NCBI GenBank assembly: GCA_951406725.2
Contig: OX597831.1
Location: 70,060,001 to 70,124,000, forward strand
Direction of reading: 5' to 3'
Source: Octopus vulgaris
Lineage: Eukaryota
Length of the DNA: 64,000 nucleotides
Shown: piece by piece, positions 24,833 through 38,044 of the stretch
How positions within the stretch are numbered: the first letter of the stretch is position 1
How the letters are laid out: every line of letters starts with the position of its first letter
Notes under the pieces: generated by a model
What the model was told of the DNA's origin: nothing
The model's database searches: none
The model's input: the letters and a program-made list of their open reading frames with translations, nothing else
Position numbers and translations under genes: made by a program

Positions 24833-24837
<5 letters not shown>

Positions 24838-25037
24838 TAATCCAAACATGAAAACACAAAGAGAAAACACAACAACGCGAGGACGTGGGACAAATATAGT
24901 ATTATTGGACGCTCAGGAAGGAAGGGAAGAAGGAGGGTTTTACGTTTCGAGTGGAGCCCTTTGTCAGAAACATAGGAAAAGGAAAGATCCAGAGAAGGGA
25001 AGACGGAAGAAAAAATCGCCAACGGTACACACACGGT

Positions 25038-25042
<5 letters not shown>
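24833..25042 (-). mobile_element. HHR-bearing PLE-like short element in a microsatellite (motif at 24937-24971)
   Basis: GTTT-CTGACAAA-GGGC tcc ACTC-GAAA-CG-TA-AAAC. Second copy at 45187-45382. Confidence 0.7.
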
Positions 25043-25083
<41 letters not shown>

Positions 25084-25140
25084 CTTATATATATATAGCA
25101 GCGTATGTCCACTTTGGTCTCATATATATATTTATGTATG

Positions 25141-25199
<59 letters not shown>

Positions 25200-25647
25200 G
25201 TGTGTGTGTGTTTTTTCTTCTGTTTTTCCTTATCTAAATTCTTTCTATGAGGAAGGAGCTCGTTTTCTACAAAAGATATAAAGCCCTGTTTTTGGAATTC
25301 AGATAATAAAAACAATGTCACATTTTAAAGTTGAGAAAAGCTTGGCATATTTTTATTATTAATGGATACAGGCATAGTTGTGTGGTAAAAAGTTTGCTAC
25401 CCAACTACATGGTTCCAGGTTCAGTCTCACTACTTGGCACCTTGGACAAGTGTCTTTTATTGTAGTCTCAGGCTAACAAAAGCCTTCTGAGTGGGTTTGG
25501 TGGATGGGAACTGATAGAAACCAGTCATTATGTGTATGTATGAATGATTTGGTTTATGTTTATCATTGAATTGCATAATGGTATTTCTCTAATTTATATA
25601 TATATGACCTGTCATATATGTGTGTATATATATATGCCCATGTACTC

Positions 25648-26935
25648 ATAGCTGAATCATTACCAGAACAAGGGAAGAAGTTTCAGGTATGGAAGCAACG
25701 TTTAGAGTCAAAGGGCCTTAGAGTTAACCTAGCAAAAACCAAAGTCTTATTAATTAGGAATGCAGACAAATCACAAATTTCTTCAGGTAGATGACCCTGA
25801 TCAATCTGTAGAAATGGCATAGGTAGAATCTCCATATGATGTACCCAGTGTAGGCTAAAGACACATAAGAGGTGCAGAGATATTAGAGGAAGGTTAACAG
25901 GGAAAGTAGCTTTTATTTGTGGAAAATGCACAGGTATAATAAACACTGAAAATGTACAGAAAATAGACTCCATCAACTGCCAATGGGGTAAGTTAGTAGA
26001 TATCTAGGTGATAAAGTTAGTGGAGGTGGATGCTCTGGGAGTGTAACTGTGAGAATAAGAATAGACTGGGCAAAGTTCAAAGAGATCCTCCCTCCACTGG
26101 CAACAAAGGTCTCTCCATCAGAGTGAAAGGCAGATTGTATTATGCCTGTATGGAAACAGCTAGGCAATGCACGGCAGTGAAACATGGACTACTGTGACAG
26201 CTGACGACATGCATAGGATTGAAAGAAATGAAGCCAGTATGCTTCACTGGATGTATAAGCATCTTGAGAGAAAAGTTGGGCATAAGAGGCACCAGATGTG
26301 GTGTGCAAGAGAGATGACTGTGCTGGAATGGTCATGTGTAAAAAAGTGCTGATCTCTAACTGTGTAAAGAAGCTGCGTAAAGGAGTGCCGATCTCTAACT
26401 GTGGAGGAAACCTGTGGTAGAGGTAGACCCAGAAAGACGAGATGGTGAAGCATGTTCTTCAAACTTGGAGCCTCACAGAGGCAAAGACTGGTGACCGAGA
26501 CCTTTGGCGATATGTTGTGCTTGAGAAGACCCATCAAGTCAAGTGAAATCATAGTCATGGCTGATGCCAGTGTCACATAACAGGCACCTGTGCCAGTGGA
26601 AAGTAAAGAGCACCTTTTGAGTGTTGGGCTTCATGGGAGCAAAGTCGCCAAGTGGAATGTGAAAAGCATCTTTCAAGTGTTGGGCTTCATGGAGGCAATG
26701 ACAAATAACTGAGACCTTTGACATTATGTCATGCTTGAGAAGAAGACCCATCAAGCCAAGTAAAATTGCAGTTGTGGCAGATACTAGTGTCGCACATAAA
26801 GCATCCATTATACTCTTGGAATGGTTGGCATTAGGAAGAGCATCCAGCTGTAGAAACCACACCAGATGGAGTCTGGTGCAGCCTTCCATCTTGCCAGCCC
26901 TGGTCAAACCGTCCAACCCATTTAATGGATGTTAA

Positions 26936-26965
<30 letters not shown>
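25648..26965 (+). pseudogene. Decayed RTE LINE 3' portion
   Basis: Homologous to 43690-45181 (KGLRVNLAKTKVL, MHGSETW), with stops and a (GAT)n tail. Confidence 0.88.
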
Positions 26966-26967
<2 letters not shown>

Positions 26968-26979
26968 ATATATATACGT

Positions 26980-27225
26980 GTGTGCATGTGTCTTTGTGTC
27001 TGTGTTTGTCCCTCACCACCACTTGACAACAGATGTTGGTGTGTTTATGTTCCTTTAATCTAGCAGTTCAGCAAAAGAGACTTTTAGAATAAGAACCAAA
27101 CTTTACAAAAAATTAATAGTACTGGACTCGACAAGTACTGTACTCAACAAGTTAGACTAAAATTCTTCAAGGCAATGCCCCAGCATGGCCACAGTCTAAT
27201 GACTGAAACAAGTAAAAGATAAGAG
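26980..27225 (+). mobile_element. SINE family A, 3' half, diverged
   Basis: CAGCATGGCCACAGTCTAATGACTGAAACAAGTAAAAG tail. Confidence 0.75.
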
Positions 27226-27239
27226 ATTGCACTTACAGA

Positions 27240-28170
27240 TTGTATTGGTAATGAATTGGTTGATTTTGTTTTTCCAAAATCCAAGCTTACCCAAACTATC
27301 AGTTAGGCATTTACTCGCATAACCAAGGGCACCAATTATTATAGGTATGAATGTTAATTTGTAGTCTGGGATTTAGAGGTTTTGAAGTAGCTGTCCATAG
27401 TTATTCTCTTACTCTTTGATTTTCAAAGAGATATTCACATCAGAAGGACGGCTGATATCTATGACGATCCATACGTTTTCTTGTCGATCCCAAACAACAA
27501 TATCTAGCCTGTTATGCTTATGCTTGACAGATGTTTTCATGGGAATGTTCCACCATTATTCTTTGAGTTAATATTTGTGTATATCTTCAGTAAGGTGGTG
27601 AGCTGGTAGAAATGCTAGAATTGCCGAGCGAGATGCTTAGCGGTATTTTGTCTGCCATTATATTCTGAGTTCAAATTCTGCCGAGGTCGACTTTACCTTT
27701 GATCCTTTCGGGGTCGATAAATTAAGTACCAGTTACGCACTGGGGTCGATGTAATCGACTTAATCCCTTTGTCTGTCCTTGTTTGTCCCCTTTATGTTTA
27801 TCACCTTGTGGGCAATAAAAAATAAGAAAGGGATTCACTATATCTATTCCAGGACAGTCTTTTTTCCAAATGGCATGTATGTTGTTTTTGCAGCAATGTT
27901 GTATTGCATAATGGGGCACTGTGATGACATTTTAGGCAGATGTTAATCACATGTGTGATGTCTTCCTCAAATATATGACATAATCCACATTTTTGGTTGC
28001 ATCTTGGAACTCCAAGAACTTCACTGACTCTTGTTTGTTAGGTATTTAGCAATCTCCTCTTCTTGGATTGCAAATGCATAGCCTTTGAAATGCAATGCAA
28101 TGTAGCTATTATGTATCCATAGTGGCAAAAGTATGCTTCCAGAGTTACCCATCATATGATGGGTAATACT
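27240..28170 (-). pseudogene. Decayed R4/Dong-type 3' region (CCHC knuckle plus endonuclease), interrupted by SINE B at 27592-27828
   Basis: Minus strand GYAFAIQEEEI, KCGLCHIFEEDITHVINIC and IVIDISRPSDVNISLKIKE. Confidence 0.78.
27592..27828 (+). mobile_element. SINE family B
   Basis: Similarity to the copy at 21050. Confidence 0.9.
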
Positions 28171-28264
28171 CTAGGCATTCACTCAAGGTGCCGTGCAATG
28201 AGATGGAACCTGAACCCTGTGGTTGCAAAATAATGACACAGCAATGCTTCTGCCTATTTATTCA

Positions 28265-28675
28265 TTACTCTTTTACTCTTTTACTTGTTTCAGTCATTTG
28301 ACAGCAGCCATGCTGGAGCACCACCTTTAGTCGAGCAAATCGACCCCGGGACTTATTCTTTGTAAGCCCAGTACTTATTCTATTGGTCGCTTTTGCTGAA
28401 CCGCTAAGTGACGGGGATGTAAACACACCAGCATCGGTTGTCAAGCAATGCTAGGCAGACAAACACAGACACACAAACATATACACACACACTTATATAT
28501 ATATACATATATACGACAGGCTTCTTTCAGTTTCCATCTACCAAATCCACTCACAAGGCATTAGTCGGCCTGGGGCTATAGCAGAAGACACTTGCCCAAG
28601 ATGCCACGCAGTGGGTCTGAACCCGGAACCATGTGTTTGGTTAGCAAGCTACTTACCACACAGCGACTCGTGCAT
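28265..28675 (-). mobile_element. SINE family A, full length
   Basis: Reverse complement of 871-1290. Confidence 0.9.
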
Positions 28676-29984
28676 ATTTTTGCGTGTGTCTCAGTAGAAC
28701 AGTAGTTGTAAAGACAATAAATAAATTTTTAAAAATCCTATCATTCTGACAAGTACTACACTATTTAAAAACTAAAATATATAGAAATATATTTCAAATA
28801 AGATTTCGTCATCATTTATCTCCTGGCATTTTAAAAATAAATGTAATTTTGTGCCATGATCAGAAGTAATGAGTGTGCATGCTTCAGCGTATATGTATGT
28901 GTGTGTGAGTGTGTGTGAGTGTGTGTGCATGCATGTGAGCGTTTAAAAACAAATTTTGTAATAAGAAAAATTGCTACCAATGAAAAGATTCCATGGAAGC
29001 AACATTTACATTTGGCCTAAATGTTCGTGCATTCAAGCTTCTTAATTCAATATACACACTTTCTTTCCTGCTGTAGCTATTGGAAAGATTAAGCATATAC
29101 ACAGCAGTGTCATTCTCTATCCTAAAAAAATTTAGATTACTTAAAGAGCTGTGGGGAGTAGTATTTGTCATGTCCTTTTTTTAACTAGAATTTGAAGAGT
29201 AAGAATTTCCTTTGATCCATTCCAGCATGTAAAGATTTGATTATTTTTTTGGTTTGTTTAGTGAAAGCGAATTGTTTTTTATTTGTTTGTTCTTTTTGTT
29301 TTTTGTTTTTTTTCTGTGTAGTTATTGGGTCTAAAATTGACTTCATGATGTGGTTCCTTATTTTATTTAAACCAAGATGTGTGAATTTTCTTAATTTATA
29401 TTTCACACGGTTTGTCACATTCAGTAATTTTATATGTTACTTTTGAAATATGTGTTAAAGATATTTCCATTTTAAACTGATAATATTTCAATTATAATCA
29501 CATGATTGTACACTGAATCAAAAACAGGTAACTATACTCAAGAAATGTTTCCATCGATGCTAGTTAGGATGACTTAACTGCGAGATTTATACAATGCAGA
29601 ATTTAATGTTTATTTTTTAAGTTGATGCTCTTCCTAATCATTCAACATTTCCTTAGTTGGATATGAATATCTAAGCTTCATTGATAAATATCAAAATACT
29701 GAGAATTGAATATTGTTGTTTAGGCACTGGTTTGTTTTGATGGTAGCCTTCCAGCAGTGACTATTGCTCTCATTTTCTGATACAGTTTATGCAAAACTAG
29801 ATTATTGAATGTAATTTCCATATTTTAAGGTGATGTTAAGGAGATTTGGTTATTATTTCTAGCAAATCAAACGATCATATCAACTATTCTAGCTCTGTGA
29901 CTTCAAAATGCAAATCTCAGCTCTAGCCATCAGAAAAAAATAGGATGGTGAGATTGCTCTCAAAGTTGCAAGCAACAACTAACA

Positions 29985-30183
29985 TTGGTTTCAAAATCTA
30001 GCACAAGACTAGCAATTTCAGGATGGGTTAAGTTAATTACATCAACCCCAGTTCTTAACTGACACTTGTTTTATCAACCCTGAAAGAATGAAAGGCATAG
30101 TCAACCTCAGCAAAATTTGAACTCAGAACCCTGCCACAAAGCATTTTGCTCGGCACAGTAACCATTCTGCCCGCTCGCCATCT
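29985..30183 (-). mobile_element. SINE family B, diverged
   Basis: TGAAAGGCATAGTCAACCTCAGCAAAATTTGAACTCAGAAC. Confidence 0.7.
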
Positions 30184-30345
30184 TAAAGCAATAGATTATC
30201 TCAATAATGGAAAATCAAATAGGAATATAATTTCCTTGGTTCAGTTCCAAGATCAGCTGCCAATACACCCTCATCACCTTTTAGCTTTTACTTCTTTCAG
30301 TCATCAGATTATGACCATGCTGGGCACTGCTAGAAGAGTCTTGTC

Positions 30346-30601
30346 CAGAGGTTTTCAATTGGGGTGCATATGACACTTGAGGGTTCATATAAGATTCTGC
30401 TGTTAAAATTTATCTGCAATAAATTAGTTATACTTCTACAATACACAATATATTTTAACTATTTTAAAAATATATTTCCTAATAATATTCAATTACAAAG
30501 ATATATGATTTCTCAAACATTGAATGGCTATGAGGGTTCACCAAAGTAAAATAAGAATCAAAGAGGTTCATAAGTATGAAAAAAATGGTTGAGAACCACT
30601 T
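30346..30601. mobile_element. hAT MITE, same family as 7294-7553
   Basis: CAGAGGTTTTCAA..GGTTGAGAACCACT termini and internal homology. Confidence 0.75.
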
Positions 30602-30952
30602 TAGTCAACCTCAGAACTTCTGTTTTTACAACAACTAGTTTTCAGCCTCTTTAGCCAAAATGCTAAGTTATGGTGGTGTATACAAACCAGTACCAGTTGT
30701 CAAGTACCATGGTAAGGTACAAACTCAGACACACAGACATTTATGTATGTAGACAGTTTCTCTATATCAAGTTCACACACATCACATTGGTCAACCCAGG
30801 GGCTATAGTAGAAGACACTTCTCTAACATGCAATGCAATCAGACTGAACACAAACCACCACATGGCTGAAAAGTAAGCTTCTTAGCCACATGGTTATAAG
30901 AATGACCACATGGTTATAAGGAAAATGCCAAAATTTTGCTATATATATATAT

Positions 30953-31347
30953 ACCAGAGTAAGCACATAAATGTGAAACAAGGTGGAAAAAAGCGTACTC
31001 AAATACCAGAGGTAGAGTAGTATGCTTTATTTAAAAGCAGCAGAAATATAAATAACAAAAGCTGTTACTCAGAGTTTCACGTTCCCATTCATCGGACAGG
31101 TTTTGTTAAAAAGAAAAACAACCTGTCCCCGTCACTTAGCGGTTCGGCAAGAGAGACCGATAGAATAAGTACTGGGCTTACAAAGAATAAGTCCCGGGGT
31201 CGATTTGCTTGACTACAGGCGGTGCTCCAGCATGGCCACAGTCAAATGACTGAAACAAGTAAACGAGAGTAAGCAAGTGTCCAACGAACGGGAATGTGAA
31301 ACTCTGAGTAACAGCTTTTGTTATATTTCTGCAGCTTTTAAATAAAG
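30953..31347. mobile_element. PLE-like inverted pair with HHR motifs (31062-31099 -, 31278-31314 +), interrupted by a SINE A 3' fragment (~31124-31272)
   Basis: CTGT-CCGATGA-ATG ggaa CGT-GAAA-CTCTGAG-TA-ACAG. Homologous to 23119-23297. Confidence 0.8.
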
Positions 31348-31598
31348 TATGGGTGTGTGCGTATAATTATATACATATGTATATGTTTATTTTTACATTT
31401 TCTTTTCAAGTAAGCATAGGTTAGGCAGAGATATAATTAAGGCATTGCTTTATAGTCAGATGCATTTTCTGACATTAATTTATATAGTTTTTTTTCATGT
31501 AAGAGATCTCTTATTACTTATGTGTTTGAAGGTTTAAAGCCAGTACATGATTCATAAACATATATGTTCTTGTTTATGTGCTTGTCCATACTTGTCAA

Positions 31599-31659
<61 letters not shown>

Positions 31660-31878
31660 CAGTGCTTTTCAAACTTTTTGCTGGAGCAGAACCCCAAGGA
31701 AACATTCCACTGGCTCGAGGAACCCCTGTGCAATAATTTAATAGTCTTATGCACACATATCTGCACAGGAAGCCTAAAAATTACTGCCGATTTTAGCAGT
31801 TTTGTAACTTCTTGCGGAACCCCTGGACTGTACTGGCGGAACCCTAATGTTCCGCGGAACCCTGGTTGAAAACCACTG
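31660..31878. mobile_element. hAT MITE, second family
   Basis: Termini CAGTGCTTTTCAA / TTGAAAACCACTG and internal GGAACCC subterminal repeats. Confidence 0.85.
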
Positions 31879-31887
31879 ATATATATC

Positions 31888-31937
<50 letters not shown>

Positions 31938-32251
31938 TATATATGTATATTTATATTTTCAGACACTATTTTTTTATATATCAATATATTATTTATATAA
32001 CCACCTGCATCATATTTCTATGTAACTAAACATTTTTTGTTACTTGCTTTTGATGGAGGTATGTGAGAATTTTTTTTCATTCATTCACTGGTCTTTGAAC
32101 AGATGCACATGTCTGAGATAATGTAGGAAATATGAAATGAAGAATAACCCTCAGAAAGCACGTTTTAGACAAAGTAATATTGAGTGTAGATTTTGCTATC
32201 AGATTGATTTGAATAAGAACCACATGCATACAAAAAAAATGTGTGTGTATG

Positions 32252-32295
<44 letters not shown>

Positions 32296-32315
32296 TATAT
32301 ATATATATACGCATA

Positions 32316-32384
<69 letters not shown>

Positions 32385-32387
<3 letters not shown>

Positions 32388-32570
32388 ACAGTAGCAACGA
32401 ATATGGAGATTAGTACATCTGTATATTTTTTTAGTATTTCTACAGTCAATTACAGCATATTTGATTTAAATTTGTCAGACGCAAATTTAAACCAAATATA
32501 CGGTAATTGGCTGCAGAAATAAAAGAAAATATGTAGACGTACTAATCTCCATATTCGTTGTTACTGTATC
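32385..32570. repeat. Imperfect ~185-bp palindrome abutting a long (TA)n
   Basis: GATACAGTAGCAACGAATATGGAGATTAGTAC..GTACTAATCTCCATATTCGTTGTTACTGTATC, with inner arms also complementary. Confidence 0.85.
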
Positions 32571-32782
32571 GAATATTCACTCAGTTAAATATTCAAAATC
32601 CAGTGAAATAAACTCAAGATTTACCCATGGGATAAATATGCTGGGATTGCTTACCTCAAGTAATTCTAGGTGTTCATTACAACTTGATCCAGTTACCCTT
32701 ATGCTGGAGTATAACTGAGTGCTTGAACAGAACTCACCTGGATATTCTATTCTTAGCTATTCACTATATGTATATATATATA

Positions 32783-33067
32783 GAGAGTGGTTGTATACTG
32801 TCAACCTAATGTGACAGTCCTGTAAGGGAATTACACCACCGCTGTTTAGCCCTAAATATCTCAATGGTGGGTAAGACCCAGAAACATGCATGTCTCTAGA
32901 TGTAGGACTAGCTGTTGGGGGTGTTTGTCTCCCCTTGGTAAATATATAAGGACACAGGAAATGTGTCAAGGCCGACAGGAAGCGTCGATGCTTCCTAGGG
33001 CTAAACAGCGGTGGTGTAATTCCCTTACAGGACTGTCATGTTAAGTTGACAGTACACAACCACTCTA
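32783..33067. mobile_element. Inverted repeat (32783-32854 / 32995-33067) whose spacer holds the 3' half of a hammerhead
   Basis: TGGGT aag ACCCA-GAAA-CATGCATG-TC at 32868-32894. The 5' core is degenerate. Confidence 0.65.
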
Positions 33068-33159
33068 TTGCTCTACCACCGTACATATCTCTATGAGATA
33101 TTTAGAAATTTAATATTTCTGATATATATATATATATATACATGCATACATACAGGTCA

Positions 33160-33450
33160 TCATTAACAGTCAAAGAGCAGCTGAGGAGAGTTGGGTCATT
33201 GAGAAAATAAAACTCAATCTCAAAATGTTCTTTACATTTCCAAACAAACATAAAGATGCTGTTTCCACTGTTGGTCCTCTGGTTGATGTGATCAACACTA
33301 CATGATGATGCAAAATCCATGTGCGAGATACTGCAGAGACAAAACTGCTCTGCCTTCAGTAATGCTAATGTGGTCGATTTGGCCAGTATCAGTGATGTAA
33401 ACCCTCAACTAACTATATCTGACATAACTTTTGGTGCTCCTGATATCATA
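33160..33450 (+). pseudogene. CR1-like LINE ORF2 linker fragment
   Basis: IEKIKLNLKMFF..TVGPLVD..DDAKSMCEILQRQNCSAFS..ISDITF resembles the region between endonuclease and RT. Confidence 0.6.
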
Positions 33451-33665
33451 TGTGTGTGTATATGTTTGTGTGTCTGTGTTTGTCCCCCAACATCGATTGA
33501 CAACTGATGCTGGTGTGTTTACGTACCCTTAACTTAGTGGTTCAGCAAAAGAGACCGATAGAATAAGTACTAGGCTTACAAAGAATAAGCTCTGGGGTCG
33601 ATTTGCTCGACTAAAGGCGGTGCTCCAGCATGGCTGCAGTCAAATGACTGAAACAAGTAAAAGAG
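33450..33665 (+). mobile_element. SINE family A, 3' half
   Basis: Matches 1065-1272. Confidence 0.88.
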
Positions 33666-33919
33666 TGTATATATAACATGTAGGGTCCATTTGTGTGGTA
33701 TCTTGGCAAGTTTGTCATGTGTTGAGTGAAGCCTTGTGAGAAAATGTGGGTTGACAGAAAGATTGTGGGAGGCTGTCAAATAGATTTGTAGCTTTAATTT
33801 TTATGCTCCAAACTTGTGTCAATATGTCACACTGATCATACCTGAAAATTATGCTAACAGCACATGAGCCCATGGAATACTTAACCATTTGTACAGTAAT
33901 TCAGTGTATAGGTCATTCT

Positions 33920-34152
33920 TTTTTTTTTATTGCCCCCAAGGGGCTAAACATGGAGGGGACAAACAAGGACAGACAAAGGGATTAATTCTATTACATCGAC
34001 CCCAGTGCGTAACTGGTACTTAATTTATCGACCCCGAAAGGATGAAAGGCAAAGTCGACCTCGGCGGAATTTGAACTCAGAACATAGCAGCAGATGAAAT
34101 ACCGTTAAGCATTTCGCCCGGCGTGCTCACGATTTTGCCAGCTCACCGCCTT
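33920..34152 (-). mobile_element. SINE family B with 20-bp TSD
   Basis: TSD TTCAGTGTATAGGTCATTCT at 33900-33919 and 34151-34170. Confidence 0.95.
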
Positions 34153-34329
34153 CAGTGTATAGGTCATTCTGTTGATCAAATAAATGAATCCTTTAACATA
34201 GATACCAGCTGAGCTGTATTTTACAGAAAAGCACACAATCAGTCAACTGGTCATTGGTTTTGCTTACCAATTGTTGGAGAGAAATGTGATAGGGAAGATT
34301 GTACATGCAAATAGATATTAATAGCATTT

Positions 34330-34860
34330 ATCTTTTTCTGGTCATTAGAGTGTGGCCATGCTGGGGCACCTCCTTGAAGGAGTTTATGCACACAAACGAA
34401 CCCTGGCACTTATTTTCTTTTGCAAAGCCTGGTGCTTATTCTATCAATCTCTTTTTTGCTGAAGCAATAAGTTACAGGAATGCAAGCAAGCCAGCATTGG
34501 TTGTCAAGTAATGGGCAGAGGAACAACACAAACTCAGTGACACACACACACACACACACACACGAAATTACACACACACACGAACACACACACATGCACA
34601 CACACATGCACATGAACACAAACACGTACACGCTCACACACATGCACACATATGCATGCACACACACACACACACATACACACACTCACACACACATATA
34701 TATGATAGACTTCTTTTAGTTTCTGTCAAATGAATCCAATCACAAGGCTTTGGTTGACCCTGGGCTATAGGGAAACACTTGCCCAAGGTGCCACGCAGAG
34801 GGACTGAACCCAGAACCATATGGTTGGAAAGTAGACTTACAACACAGCCATACCTGTACC
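34330..34860 (-). mobile_element. Older family A-related SINE with expanded internal (CA)n
   Basis: Head at 34700-34860 matches family A. The tail is diverged. Confidence 0.7.
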
Positions 34861-35334
34861 TATACACATTATTATTCTCTCCTTAATCTTCTGTATTTTT
34901 TATACTCCATGCAAAAGTAAATTTATTTGTCAATATATAAATGAATATCTATGCATTTGTACATATGTGTTTGTCTTCTGAATATATTTAATTTATCTGC
35001 ATCATTGCTTCCATATCAGCTCACCTGGGATTCTCTTATAGTCATTCTTTACCCTGTGAACCTAATCATTGATAAAGACTTTGGATTTTATGTTCAAATC
35101 ATTTGAGCACTACTACTTGTTTTCTATACTGAGCCCTGGCACCTATTTTCTTTTATAAAGTATGTGTGTGTGTGTGTGTTTGTACAAAACTGAAAATATC
35201 CCACCAGTCAAAATATGCAAATATAATATACAAAGCATGATAGGTTATAAAAACAGCTGCTAAACAATATATAATATATATACATATACATGAATAATAT
35301 ATATACATATACATTGTTGTTGTTGTTGTTTTCT

Positions 35335-35582
35335 CATTGTTTTAGCCTTCGAATGACGCCATCCCGCTGGCTAAGCGAGCAGGCCAACAGAAGAAAGAGT
35401 GAGAGAAAGAGTGGTGAAAGAGTACAGCAGGGATCACCGCCCCATGCCGGAGCCTCGTGGAGCTTTTTTTTTTAAGGTGTTTTTCCCTCAATAAACACAC
35501 ACAACGCCCGGTCTGGGAATCGAAACCGCGATCCTACGACCGCGAGTTCGCTGCCCTAACCAGTAGGCCATTGCGCCTCCAC
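35335..35582 (-). mobile_element. SINE family D, short-tail form
   Basis: Head GGAGGCGCAATGGCC..GTTTCGATTCCCAGACCGGG. Tail shared with 47109-47320. Confidence 0.88.
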
Positions 35583-35645
35583 ATATACATATACATACCT
35601 ATATAAATGTATATATTTATGTATGTATGTATGTATGTATGTATG

Positions 35646-35692
<47 letters not shown>

Positions 35693-36227
35693 ATGCACAC
35701 TTTCAGACACAAACAAAACATAGCAATAAATATATATGGCTTCAGACTGATATGAATTCAATTCATTCTCTTTAAATTAAGCACATTACGAAATATTGCA
35801 GTACAGGTGACAATCTCATATTATTGAATTAAAACCATTCGCTTTGCAAATATATCTGAAACAGCAAGATATTTCTAAATCACTGAAAATACCACATCAG
35901 TCAAAATGTGCAAACGTCAGATACAAAGCACATAACAATGAAGGGGAAAGCAAAGAAATGATACCTTTTAATATTTCTTTCTCTTTCTAAAAGCAGACTT
36001 CTGTTTACTAATCGACAGAAAATGGTAGTTTTTTCTGAAACGGAGTTGAAGTTTGATTTCAGTTTATGGGAATGAATAAGTATGTGTTTGAGTGTATGTG
36101 TATTTATGAATAAATAAATAGATAAATAAACAAATAATGTTTATGCAAATACACACACACACACACACACATCTGTTCATCACTTTTCTCTTTTTCTTTT
36201 CCTGTTTCACTTTCTGTTCCTCTTTAT

Positions 36228-36229
36228 CC

Positions 36230-36288
<59 letters not shown>

Positions 36289-36317
36289 CATCTATCTTCT
36301 ATCTGTCTATCTATCTG

Positions 36318-36368
<51 letters not shown>

Positions 36369-36385
36369 GTCTGTCTGTCTGTCTC

Positions 36386-36420
<35 letters not shown>

Positions 36421-36560
36421 GTTTGTCTGTCTTTCTATCTATCTGTCTATCTACCTATTTATCTATCTATTCATCTATTTATTTGTTTATCTCTCTGTCT
36501 GTCTATCTATCTACATATATTCACACACGCACACACGCACACACACACACACACACACAT
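36228..36560. repeat. (CTAT)n/(CTGT)n/(CA)n microsatellite
   Basis: Direct inspection. Confidence 0.92.
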
Positions 36561-36714
36561 TTGTAAAGACATGAGCAAAAACGGAAATTACAAGTATCTT
36601 TATTCACAAAGAATATACATCCAGATTATTGTTGACATCAGGTAACTGGATACTGTGATCAGGCTTTAAACAACAAACTGCAAAGTGTATACCGGAATAT
36701 AAAATTGCTACCTT

Positions 36715-37992
36715 AGTAAGTAGGAAGGCGAACACATCCCACGCCCCTTCATGTAGGTGACCCTGCTCGATCTGTAGAAAAGGTGTAGGTAGAAACTCCA
36801 TAGGATGTACCCAGTGTATGCATAAGAAGATTAACTCAAGAAGATTAACTGGTAGATGTTCCTGTGCATCTGCCACACACCACAATAAACATCACAGATG
36901 CTCAGAAAACAGATTCCATCACATGCCAGGGAGAGAAGCTAGAAGTAGTTGATAGCTTCCACTACCTAGGTGATCAAGTCTGTAGTGGGGGTGGATGCTC
37001 AGAGAGTATTACCACTAGAATAAGAATTGCCTGGGCAAAGTTCAGACAGCTTCTACCCCTACTGGTGACAAAGAGCCTCTTGCTCAGAGTGAAAGGTAGA
37101 TTGTACAATGCAAATGTGTGAACTGCCTCACAGCATCGAAACATGGGTCGTGACTGCTGAAGACATGCATAGGTTTGAAAGAAAGGAAGCTAGCATGATA
37201 CGCTGGATGTGTAATGTCAGTGTGCATGCATGACAGAGTGTAAGCACCCTGAGAGAAATGTTGAACAGAAGAGGTATCGGATGTGGCGTGCAAGGGAAGC
37301 ATTTGCATTGGTACAGTCATGTACTATGGATGGATGAGGAGAGCTGTGTGAAGAAGCGCCACTCCCAAACAGTGGAAGGTATCTGGGGTAGAGGGAGACC
37401 CAGGAAGGCATGGGATGAGATGGTGAACTATGACCTTCAAACTTTGGGCCTCACAGTGGCAATGACAAAAGACCAAGACTCCTGGAGATATGCTGTGACT
37501 GAGAAAACCCGGTAAATAAAATGAGATCACAACTGTAACCTACACCAGTATCGTATAACCCATGCCTTTGGATCATAGGGTGACATGACATGCTTGAGGA
37601 GACCTATTGAGTCAAGTACATCAAATCAAAATCAAATCAAATCACAATTCAATGGAAATTGTAGTTGTTGTCCCTGTGCCATTGGCATGTAAAAAGCACC
37701 ATCCGAACGTGGTTGATGCCCGCCCCGTCACCCTGACTGGCTCCTGTGCCAGTAGTATGTAAAAAGCATCATCCAATCATGGTCGATGCCAGTTCCTTCT
37801 TGCTCCTGTACTACGGGTATGTAAAAATTACCCACTGCACTCTCTGAGTAGCTGGCATTAGGAAGGGCATCAAGCTGTAGAAACTCTGCCAGATCAGACT
37901 GGAGCCTGGTGCAGCCTCCTGGCTTCCCAGACCGCAGTCAAACCGTTCAACCCATGCCAGCATGGAAAACGGACGTTAAACAATGATGATGA

Positions 37993-37996
<4 letters not shown>
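36715..37996 (+). pseudogene. Decayed RTE LINE 3' portion
   Basis: GEKLEVVDSFHYLGDQV..RIRIAWAKFRQLLPLL..GRGRPRKAW, with a (GAT)n tail. Confidence 0.9.

Positions 37997-38044
<48 letters not shown>

Noticed and set aside
28974-29171. 65-aa minus-strand ORF in unique sequence
   Set aside because: No recognisable domain, and the length is compatible with chance.
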